40,511 nucleotides of DNA, from positions 1 through 40,511 of the IMG/VR virus record IMGVR_UViG_3300017658_000007; one strand, given 5' to 3'. The notes under the pieces are model-generated. The model had not been told where the DNA came from, searched no databases, and saw nothing but the letters and a program-made list of their open reading frames with translations. This DNA comes from a virus (taxonomy: Duplodnaviria > Caudoviricetes). Position numbers and translations under genes: made by a program. Below, one piece after another: positions 33,530 to 40,511 of the stretch; position 1 is the stretch's first letter; every line of letters starts with the position of its first letter.

Positions 33530-34651
33530 ATGGCATCCATTCTCGGCGGCTCCGGCTTCGGCCAGAGCGGCGGCAGCATCCTTGGCGGACAGCCGCCCCG
33601 CATCCCCTGGGGCAGCAACCCCATGGTCACGATGGCGGGCTTGTCGCTGCTCGGCGCGCCGACGTTGCAGCAGGGGTTCCAGAACGTTGCCCAGAACGCG
33701 CCCTATGCGATGAACGCCAAGACGCAGATGCAGGACCGGATGCTTGCGCAGCAGGAGAAGGCGCAGGCCGAGGCCGACAGGAAGCGCCGCGCTGCCGCCA
33801 TGTCGGCATGGATGCGCAGCCAGAGTGGCATGGACCTTTCGCCCGAAGAGCTGTCGATCGTCGAAGGCAGTCCTGAGGTCGGAGAAGCGCTCTTCGGCGC
33901 ATCGGTCAAGAAGCGGTTCGAGCCGACCGAAGCGTATCGGCCTCTCACGGATCCCGCTGAACGGGCGCAGTTCGGCATCGCCCCTGACGACACGCGACCC
34001 TACCAACTCGGCCCCGGCAACAAGTTGTCCGCAGTCGGCGGCGGCGGCACGAGTGTCAGCATCGACACTGTCGGGACGATTCCGCAAGGCTACGAGCTGG
34101 TGAAGGATCCGGTGACTGGCGCCAAGCAGATGCGCCGCATCCCCGGCGGGCCGGCCGATACGTCGAAGCAGGACGCTGCCGCGAGCGAGAACCGCCAGAT
34201 GAAGGCGGATATTGTCACCCAGGACATCGACCGTACCTTGAAGGCCATCGAGTCCTCGCCGGGCACGACGACCGGCATCGGCGGCACCATTCTCAAGAAT
34301 ATCCCCGGCTCCGGTGCCGCCAACGTGTCTTCGCTGCTCGATACCGTTAAGGCCAATGTCGGGTTCGGGCAGCTTCAGGCGATGCGCGATGCGTCACCGA
34401 CAGGTGGTGCTCTCGGTCAGGTGTCGGAACAGGAGAACCGCTTGCTGCAATCGGTCCTCGGCTCGGTCGAGCAGTCGCAGAGCCAAGAGCAACTCACCTA
34501 CAACCTCAAGCGCCTGAAGAACATCTATCTCGACATCATCCATGGGCCGGGGAACGGGCCGCCGCGTGAGCCTCTGGAAGGCGGCGGGGGGGATGGTTCG
34601 GACGGATGGACAGAGATCGAGCCCGGCGTTCGCATCCGGGAGAAGCCCTAA
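33530..34651 (+). CDS. internal virion/DNA ejection protein
   Basis: MASILGG N-terminus; C-terminal GFGQLQAMRDASPTGGALGQVSEQENRLLQ. Confidence 0.75.
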   Translation: MASILGGSGFGQSGGSILGGQPPRIPWGSNPMVTMAGLSLLGAPTLQQGFQNVAQNAPYAMNAKTQMQDRMLAQQEKAQAEADRKRRAAAMSAWMRSQSGMDLSPEELSIVEGSPEVGEALFGASVKKRFEPTEAYRPLTDPAERAQFGIAPDDTRPYQLGPGNKLSAVGGGGTSVSIDTVGTIPQGYELVKDPVTGAKQMRRIPGGPADTSKQDAAASENRQMKADIVTQDIDRTLKAIESSPGTTTGIGGTILKNIPGSGAANVSSLLDTVKANVGFGQLQAMRDASPTGGALGQVSEQENRLLQSVLGSVEQSQSQEQLTYNLKRLKNIYLDIIHGPGNGPPREPLEGGGGDGSDGWTEIEPGVRIREKP

Positions 34652-36042
34652 TGGCGACGTTCGAGGTCCAGTACGGCGGCAAGACCTACGAGGTCGAAGC
34701 GCCGGATCAGGAGACGGCCCTGCGCGTCGTCAAGAGCGCCCCACAGAAGCCCTACTCCGGCACGCTCTTGCCGTTCAGCAAGGACGAGCATGGCAATGTC
34801 TCGTTCGACTCCAACGCTGGCATCCTTGGGGCCGGCAAGCGCCTGATCGGTGGCATTGATGACGTGATGTCCGGTCGGGTTGATCCCACGAGCGACCAGG
34901 GCATCGCGAACATCACTGACGCCGCGCTGGTCGGAACACCTGTCGGTGTGGGGACGCGCGGGGGGCTGGGATGGGCCGGCGCGGCGACTCGGAGCAAGGC
35001 CCCGGTTAAGGTCCCGACGAGCAAGGAACTCGTCGATACCGGAGGATTCGGCTTCGACATGGCGCGGCAGATGGACGTGCGCTATTCTCCTGCCGCCGTC
35101 CAGAACATGGCCTTGAAGTTGCAGTCGCGGCTTTTCAAGGCGGGCTACAGGGATACCCGTGAAAGCGCCAAGTCAGTCTACACGGAACTCAAGGGGCTCA
35201 CCAAGCCTGCCGAGTCCGGCGCCTTCGCGTCAATTGATGATCTCCACTCCGTCCGCGCCGCCCTCCGGAAAGCTGCCGAAAACTTCAACAACCCGACAGG
35301 GCAGAAGGCAGCCGTCGAGGCGATTAAGGAGATTGACAAGTTCATTGCGAACCCTGATCCGGCGAGTGTTGTGGCTGGACCCGCTGCCGCCGCCGGGGGT
35401 GTCTGGAAGGACGCGATGGGCAACTACGCCGCTGGAAAGCGGAGCGAACGCATACGTGGCGTCGAGAAGAACGCTGAGCTTGACGCAGCAGTCGCCAACT
35501 CCGGCGGCAATCTCGAAAACCGAATCCGTTCCCGCGTCGGCGCTATCCTCAAGAGCGACCGGCTCAAAGCTGGGTATTCCCCGGAGGAACTAGCGATCAT
35601 GGATGAGATCGCGAGGGGGACGCCCATTCGCAATCTCACTCGACGCATCGGCAATCTCGGTGGGGGCGGAGGCGCGCTGGCCGCGCTAATGGGCGGCATG
35701 GGCCTTCACTTCGGCGGGCCCCTCGGCTTGGCAGCGGCTGCGGCCGTGCCGTTCGGCGCGAAGGTGGCTGGCAATAGAATGGCCCAAAGCGCGTTGGGCA
35801 AGGCCGACACGGCCATCCGCCAGCGCTCCCCGCTCTACGAACAGCGCTTGGCGACAGCGCCCGCACCGCCGCCTCTTGCCAGCCCCGGCACGCGATCTGC
35901 GATGGGGCGTGTCGTCATGGGCGAGCGGGCCGTCAAAGCGGACAAGGAAGGGCTGTTCGAGGAACTCGAAAAGAACCGGATTTTGCCGCAGGAGTACGAA
36001 GAATACCTCCGGTTGAAATACGCTACGCGTAAGGGCGCCTAG
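34651..36042 (+). CDS. internal virion/DNA ejection protein
   Basis: MATFEVQYGGKTYEVEAPD; helical and Ala-rich with a C-terminal Gly/Ala hydrophobic hairpin; TAATG-coupled. Confidence 0.75.
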   Translation: MATFEVQYGGKTYEVEAPDQETALRVVKSAPQKPYSGTLLPFSKDEHGNVSFDSNAGILGAGKRLIGGIDDVMSGRVDPTSDQGIANITDAALVGTPVGVGTRGGLGWAGAATRSKAPVKVPTSKELVDTGGFGFDMARQMDVRYSPAAVQNMALKLQSRLFKAGYRDTRESAKSVYTELKGLTKPAESGAFASIDDLHSVRAALRKAAENFNNPTGQKAAVEAIKEIDKFIANPDPASVVAGPAAAAGGVWKDAMGNYAAGKRSERIRGVEKNAELDAAVANSGGNLENRIRSRVGAILKSDRLKAGYSPEELAIMDEIARGTPIRNLTRRIGNLGGGGGALAALMGGMGLHFGGPLGLAAAAAVPFGAKVAGNRMAQSALGKADTAIRQRSPLYEQRLATAPAPPPLASPGTRSAMGRVVMGERAVKADKEGLFEELEKNRILPQEYEEYLRLKYATRKGA

Positions 36043-36350
36043 TCGATTTCCCTTTCAAGCTCCCGGGCATAAGCTTCGGCTTCAAGCTTGTCCTGTAGGC
36101 GCTCGCCACGCTTCAACTGCCAACCCCATCGTATGGCGGCGACAAGGAAGACGGCAGTTGCCGCCATGGCTAATCCCAAAGGCAGATCTTCGAGCCAAGG
36201 CATGTTGGAGTATCGGGCGGGCGCGAGTATCGCGGCTACGATCGCGAAACCAAAGAAACCCATGATGCACAGGCACACGAGAATCTCTCGAAGCCACTGT
36301 GCCAGCCAGATCTTGTCGCGGAGATCGGCGTTGCCGTCGCGATCGCTCAT
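36039..36350 (-). CDS. 2-TM membrane protein
   Basis: ILVCLCIMGFFGFAIVAAIL and LGLAMAATAVFLVAAI. Confidence 0.7.
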   Translation of the reverse strand: MSDRDGNADLRDKIWLAQWLREILVCLCIMGFFGFAIVAAILAPARYSNMPWLEDLPLGLAMAATAVFLVAAIRWGWQLKRGERLQDKLEAEAYARELEREID

Positions 36351-36475
36351 TCGCCGGGATGGAGACGGGGGTGCTTGTTCTTGGGGCGGGAGAACCACAG
36401 CATGCTGAGGGCGAACAGGACCGAGCCGACCGGGACGATGGCGGAGATCAGGAGCAGCTGAATGTCGTTAGGCAT
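36347..36475 (-). CDS. 42-aa membrane peptide
   Basis: Hand-translated as MPNDIQLLLISAIVPVGSVLFALSMLWFSRPKNKHPRLHPGE; overlaps both neighbours and is below the ORF-track cutoff. Confidence 0.65.
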   Translation of the reverse strand: MPNDIQLLLISAIVPVGSVLFALSMLWFSRPKNKHPRLHPGE

Positions 36476-36671
36476 GGCGCGTCAGGCGCTTCAAAACGTA
36501 GCTCATTGCGAGCACGACCAGTGCGAACGCCATCAGATACGCGGCGCCCTCCTGCCAGCCGGGGAATATCCCAGGGAGCGCGCTCACGATAGCGCCGCCG
36601 ATGAGAAAACCCCACGGCATATAGTTGCCGATAGCGGCGCACGTGGTGCAGAAATCGTGCTCGGCGTTCAT
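36468..36671 (-). CDS. small 2-TM protein
   Basis: WGFLIGGAIVSAL and YLMAFALVVLAMSYVL; AGGAG RBS. Confidence 0.72.
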   Translation of the reverse strand: MNAEHDFCTTCAAIGNYMPWGFLIGGAIVSALPGIFPGWQEGAAYLMAFALVVLAMSYVLKRLTRHA

Positions 36672-36877
36672 GGGTCACTCCTGCAGTACGTCTCGTAAGC
36701 CCAGATACCCGCTATGTAGGTGCCCCCGACGATCCAGAGAACGCCGGGCCCGAAGAGGTACGTGACCAAGTTCTCGACGCCCGACGCGAGAGCCAAGAAG
36801 GCGACCCCCACGCAGGCGATCACCTTCAGGAAACAATTGCGCGTAGCGGGGTCAGGTTCCCCTTCATCTCCGGACAT
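36668..36877 (-). CDS. small 2-TM protein
   Basis: MSGDEGE..VIACVGVAFLALA..LFGPGVLWIVGGTYIAGIW; GGAGG RBS. Confidence 0.68.
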   Translation of the reverse strand: MSGDEGEPDPATRNCFLKVIACVGVAFLALASGVENLVTYLFGPGVLWIVGGTYIAGIWAYETYCRSDP

Positions 36878-36897
36878 CGGCCCTCCCAGCCAGGTGC

Positions 36898-36925
36898 AGC
36901 GTACACCGGATGCCCTAGATGTCAA
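36898..36925 (-). promoter_or_regulatory. promoter for the four antisense membrane genes
   Basis: TTGACA-16-TACGCT. Confidence 0.6.
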
Positions 36926-36938
36926 AAATGAGGCCGGC

Positions 36939-37298
36939 TCAGTCCTTCGGCCCGAGCTCGGCATAGATTCGATCAAATGCTGCGGTCCGGGGTTCATCCA
37001 CGGGGAAGGGGGCCCATCCGTTTGGACCGCCTGCGCTGGGGTGGAACAGGCTGGCGCCTTTATGCCCGCATCCGGTGCATCGGGCATTGTGCCGGATCAG
37101 GTTGCTTGAGGCGGCGCCGCCGTATCGCTCGATCAGCGGGGCGTATCGGATGGGCTTCGCCCTTCCGCAGCCATCGCAGACCAGCCACGTCCAATCAACG
37201 TGGACGGCCAGTTGCTCGAGAGTTGGCACCGGCCCGGGCGGCGCCGGCCTTGTCCGGTGACGCGGCAAGGATTCTTCGCGAGGCGTCTTGTCGCGCAT
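36939..37298 (-). CDS. zinc-ribbon protein
   Basis: PTLEQL...LVCDGCGR...LIERYG...ARCTGCGHKGA; start uncertain. Confidence 0.75.
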   Translation of the reverse strand: MRDKTPREESLPRHRTRPAPPGPVPTLEQLAVHVDWTWLVCDGCGRAKPIRYAPLIERYGGAASSNLIRHNARCTGCGHKGASLFHPSAGGPNGWAPFPVDEPRTAAFDRIYAELGPKD

Positions 37299-37306
37299 CG
37301 TGCCGC

Positions 37307-37501
37307 TCAACCGCCCCGGAACACGACACGGAGAACTGCTCCGGTGTCCCGCAGGGCGGCTCTTACAGGCGAGAAGTGGGGCCAATAGGGGCGCTTCATC
37401 GCGCCACCGAGGATCGCTGCTCCGAACCAGACGCCGACCGCCGGCCCCATGGGGAGGAGCAGGATCGCGGCAGCGCCGAGGACGGTGAGGACGAGGGTCA
37501 T
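37307..37501 (-). CDS. small membrane protein
   Basis: MTLVLTVLGAAAILLLPMGPAVGVWFGAAILGG; ATGA-coupled. Confidence 0.55.
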   Translation of the reverse strand: MTLVLTVLGAAAILLLPMGPAVGVWFGAAILGGAMKRPYWPHFSPVRAALRDTGAVLRVVFRGG

Positions 37502-37815
37502 TGGGCGGAGCAGGGCGTTAGTTCCGACGGCCCGTCGTGATCGACAAACAGAAGCGTATTCGCCGCCTCATTCTCAATAACGGCAACGGCATCGGTCCAA
37601 GGAGGACCGTATTGAGGCTCGGCATTCTCGCACAATAGCAGGACGGCGCCGCCTCGGGTTGGCGGCACGACGGCCATGCATTCATGGTCGGGGCCAAACA
37701 CGCCTTCTGAGGAAATCTCCAGCGTGTCGGTGCAGTAGGTGACGCCTTCGCGGATCGGCAGATCATACGCAGCAGCGGGAATGGTCATCGCGACCAGAAG
37801 CAAAGCGGTTCGCAT
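37498..37815 (-). CDS. secreted Cys-containing protein
   Basis: Signal peptide MRTALLLVAMTIPAAA; four Cys in the mature part. Confidence 0.68.
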   Translation of the reverse strand: MRTALLLVAMTIPAAAYDLPIREGVTYCTDTLEISSEGVFGPDHECMAVVPPTRGGAVLLLCENAEPQYGPPWTDAVAVIENEAANTLLFVDHDGPSELTPCSAQ

Positions 37816-37865
37816 CAGCGGGCCCGTTCCATTTCGCCCTAAAGAACTACCACAGGAAGCCCTCC

Positions 37866-40511
37866 ATGGCATTCGCTTTGGCGACACAACGTCCTGCCGA
37901 AATGCGGGGCGCCCGCAGGAGTATCGCGCCGCCCCCGGCGCTGACCGACGCGATCGCATACGCCGTGGGCCGCACCTACGGTCCCGGGTACTCATTCCAG
38001 GTGCGATCCGGCGTCGTCGCCGAGAAGAAGGGCACTTCGGGCGCCTCGTCGTCAGGGCGGCACATCCTCGACGGGCCCGGCGCGGCGGATGTTCGCATTT
38101 TCGACCCTCAAGGCAAGCAGATTACGGGCGCGGCGCTAACCCCGCTCGCACAGAACTGGGTCGCGAACTTCGGGTCGATCGGCGTCAATCGCTACGGCGG
38201 CGCGAATCGTGGCCAGCAATGGACCCACATGGATCTGGTTGACGGTGCCCACCTTGCGAAGGGGCAGTCACGGTATTGGTCCTATGGGGGTTTCGCGCCC
38301 GGCAGCGCTGAGAAAATCGGTGCCTGGGTTGGGAAGAAGGGGCAATGGGTCGATGGCCAGCCTCCGGACGACATCGCCACCGCGCTCTATGACGCGACTG
38401 CCGCCACGCGAAAGGCGACCGTCAGGAACGCGCCACCGCGCTCCGGCGTCCTCGTCAGCCTGTTCGGGCGCGGCGATCTCGGGACAGTCGATCAGCAGCC
38501 GCAGACGGCACAATCCGCCATCGCCAGCCTGATCGACCCCGGCGGCGGCACGGCCATCCCCGAAATGCCGTCGCCGCTTCTCGGCTTTGCGCCGGGCATG
38601 ATTGAGACGGCGTCGCTCGGGGTCCAGCCGCCTTCGTCCATGCCCGTGCCTTCGTTCGACATGGCCAACCCGGCCATCCAGCCGCCGCCCCAATGGGCAC
38701 AAGCGTCTGGCTTTCCGATCGACGAGGCTTTGACCGGGGCGAGCGCGCGGGACGTGCTCATGGGCGGTCCTCGCCCCAACCCCCTCCGTGCTCCTGTCGC
38801 CTCCGCGCCGATCCCCCCCGACATGGGCAGCATGCGGTCTGCGACCGATGTCCTCGACGCCGGCCCCCGCCTCAACCCGCGCAGGGCGATCGCTTCCGCT
38901 CCTGTCGGCCCGACCACGGCGCAAGGTGTGCTCGACATGGGTCCGCGCATCCGCCCGCCTCTCGAGGTGGCGATGCCGACGCCCCCGATGCGTCCCAGCA
39001 ATTTCGTCTGGAATGGGGGCGGTGCCCCGGACGCATCCTCCACGCCCGATCCGCGGATGAACCCCCGGCGCGACCCCTTCGGCTTTCCCATCGACGTGAC
39101 GCGTCCGGCGCTCGCCAATGGTGACGGCTCGTTCTCGACCGAAGAGACGACGACGTTCGACGCGGCGGAAGTCGGGATGCCGAGCGAGATCGTCACGGTT
39201 CCGACCATCATCAACGGCCAGCGCGTCAGCGAGGATGAGGCCAAGGCAGCGTTCGCGGCCGGACAGAACCCGCCCGTCCAGCGTGGCTTTGCCTCGTTCG
39301 ACGATGCGGAGACAGCGGCGCAGGCTCGCACTGATGCGATCCCCGGAGCGCGCGCCACGGCAGACGCCCCGTTCGTGTCGTCGTTCCCGGCGCGCCCCGA
39401 AGGCCCGGCTGGCGGCATGCCCGCGGCCCCGTGGCAGCCGACCGTCGCCGGCCGCATGGAGGTGCCCGGCGCTCTCCCCGTCGCCGCTCCGGAGCCCGAG
39501 CGCCGGTTTCTCGACGATGAGCTCTACTCCCCCGGCAACCAGCTCGGCCGCAACCGCTTCGACAACTACCAGCACCGGCTGAAGACGCGGCAGGAGATTG
39601 CCGACTTCGGCGGCGCGATGGAGTCGCGCGGCCTGGCCCGAGATCTGCGCGACACCCGCCGGATGATGGAGCGGGAACTGACGGCGCTCCCCGGAACTGG
39701 CGTCGGCGCCGACCCGAGCGCATACCCGCCCGAGGCATTCACCGGCATGCCGTCGCTGACGGACCGCATCTCGGATGCGGCGGGGCCGCGATCGAGCGCG
39801 TGGCAGGTTGCCGGCCTGCCGGACCTCAACGGCGCATCCTTCCCGGGCCCGCCCCCGGCAGTCGGGACCGTAGAGGCAGGCAGCACGGGCGGCGAGTTCT
39901 TCACCCCCGCGCCTCCCATGCCGCGCGCGCCTCCGGACCTGATGTCCCAGCGGTTCGACGACGCTTTTGCCCCGGCCGCGCCGGGCATGATTGCGGACCT
40001 TCCCGGTTCTACAGCAAACCGGCAACCACAGCCGGCGATGACGGCGCAGGACGGCATCAATTCGGTCTTCGGAGCGCCTCCGGCACAGGCCACGCCGCCC
40101 AATCTCGCCATCCCCTTTGCTGAGGTCCCCGGCTTTGGGGTGCCTCCTGCCAGCGCCGCGACGATCGCCAGCCCCCTGCCGTCCCCGGCCATGCCCGCGC
40201 CCCAGCCGATCAGCATGGAGGCGTTCAACGATCGCTTCGGCGGCGGCTCCGTTGTCCGCCCCCCGACGCCCGTCCCCGGCCAGCCCGGGGTCGTCTCCGG
40301 CGAGATGCCGACCCCGGAAGGCGCGATGGATATCCGGCCACCGGTACAGGGCGGGCCCGCCTTCAGCCCGATGCCGGCGGCTCTTGCCGAGCCTCCGCGC
40401 CAGACCAACGTCGGGCAACAGAAGAAGGACGCCATCGGCCGTGTCCTCGGCGGCATTCTCGGCGGTGCCGTGCTCGGGCCCATCGGCGGCCTTGCCGGCG
40501 GCCTGCTCGGC
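37866..40511 (+). CDS. large Pro-rich virion-associated protein with N-terminal M15/Hedgehog-like peptidase; partial, runs off right edge
   Basis: Absent from the ORF track because there is no stop in the window. Hand translation: MAFALATQR..QVRSG..SGRHILDGPGAADVRI..WTHMDL..RYWSYG. It ends in frame with GRVLGGILGGAVLGPIGGLAGGLLG; 882 codons if uninterrupted. Confidence 0.8.
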   Translation, partial: MAFALATQRPAEMRGARRSIAPPPALTDAIAYAVGRTYGPGYSFQVRSGVVAEKKGTSGASSSGRHILDGPGAADVRIFDPQGKQITGAALTPLAQNWVANFGSIGVNRYGGANRGQQWTHMDLVDGAHLAKGQSRYWSYGGFAPGSAEKIGAWVGKKGQWVDGQPPDDIATALYDATAATRKATVRNAPPRSGVLVSLFGRGDLGTVDQQPQTAQSAIASLIDPGGGTAIPEMPSPLLGFAPGMIETASLGVQPPSSMPVPSFDMANPAIQPPPQWAQASGFPIDEALTGASARDVLMGGPRPNPLRAPVASAPIPPDMGSMRSATDVLDAGPRLNPRRAIASAPVGPTTAQGVLDMGPRIRPPLEVAMPTPPMRPSNFVWNGGGAPDASSTPDPRMNPRRDPFGFPIDVTRPALANGDGSFSTEETTTFDAAEVGMPSEIVTVPTIINGQRVSEDEAKAAFAAGQNPPVQRGFASFDDAETAAQARTDAIPGARATADAPFVSSFPARPEGPAGGMPAAPWQPTVAGRMEVPGALPVAAPEPERRFLDDELYSPGNQLGRNRFDNYQHRLKTRQEIADFGGAMESRGLARDLRDTRRMMERELTALPGTGVGADPSAYPPEAFTGMPSLTDRISDAAGPRSSAWQVAGLPDLNGASFPGPPPAVGTVEAGSTGGEFFTPAPPMPRAPPDLMSQRFDDAFAPAAPGMIADLPGSTANRQPQPAMTAQDGINSVFGAPPAQATPPNLAIPFAEVPGFGVPPASAATIASPLPSPAMPAPQPISMEAFNDRFGGGSVVRPPTPVPGQPGVVSGEMPTPEGAMDIRPPVQGGPAFSPMPAALAEPPRQTNVGQQKKDAIGRVLGGILGGAVLGPIGGLAGGLLG

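Larger units (their letters stand above)
1..40511. mobile_element. temperate P22-like podophage/prophage (incomplete at both ends)
   Basis: cI/cro switch, recombination, replication, terminase, portal, coat, adaptor, nozzle and ejection genes in lambdoid order; no tape measure or sheath gene. Confidence 0.93.

Noticed and set aside
37318-37337. Alphaproteobacterial LexA box upstream of the Zn-ribbon gene
   Set aside because: The GAAC repeats are spaced by 10 nt, not the canonical GAAC-N7-GAAC.
38268-40418. 716-aa minus-strand ORF and other long overlapping ORFs (e.g. 11692..13272 +, 7141..8730 -, 5158..6585 -, 22310..23509 -)
   Set aside because: They are Arg/Gly-rich shadow frames of real genes, expected in high-GC DNA, and have no motifs or RBS.

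Overview
This window is about 40.5 kb of a GC-rich temperate phage or prophage with lambdoid gene order and P22-like podovirus structural genes. The host is probably an alphaproteobacterium (Rhizobiales-like), inferred from the CtrA-like and FtsZ-tail-like sequences. From left to right it contains: (1) a leftward early/recombination operon (DEDDh exonuclease, ERF, HNH, small ORFs); (2) an immunity region with five TGGG-N6-CCCA operators, PL/PR/PRM, cI, cro and accessory genes; (3) a rightward early operon with two compact C5-methyltransferase-like genes, RusA, stand-alone DnaA-domain-IV and CtrA-like DNA-binding domains, a replication initiator, a primase-helicase and a possible late regulator; (4) a leftward self-regulated cassette with a ParB-like gene and a protein of about 7 tandem HTHs; (5) a non-coding RNA block with tRNA-Arg(UCG), tRNA relics and a ~206-nt tRNA-framed structured RNA; (6) packaging and head genes (TerS, TerL split in two, portal, scaffold, coat, a glycosyltransferase); (7) tail genes, an immI-like RHH cassette and ejection proteins sharing a SILGG motif, one with an ADP-ribosyltransferase-like domain; (8) an antisense cluster of small membrane genes; and (9) a large Pro-rich ORF with an M15-like peptidase that runs off the right end. 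No integrase, lysis cassette, CRISPR array or reverse transcriptase was recognised. All family calls come from motif recognition by eye, and no searches were run.
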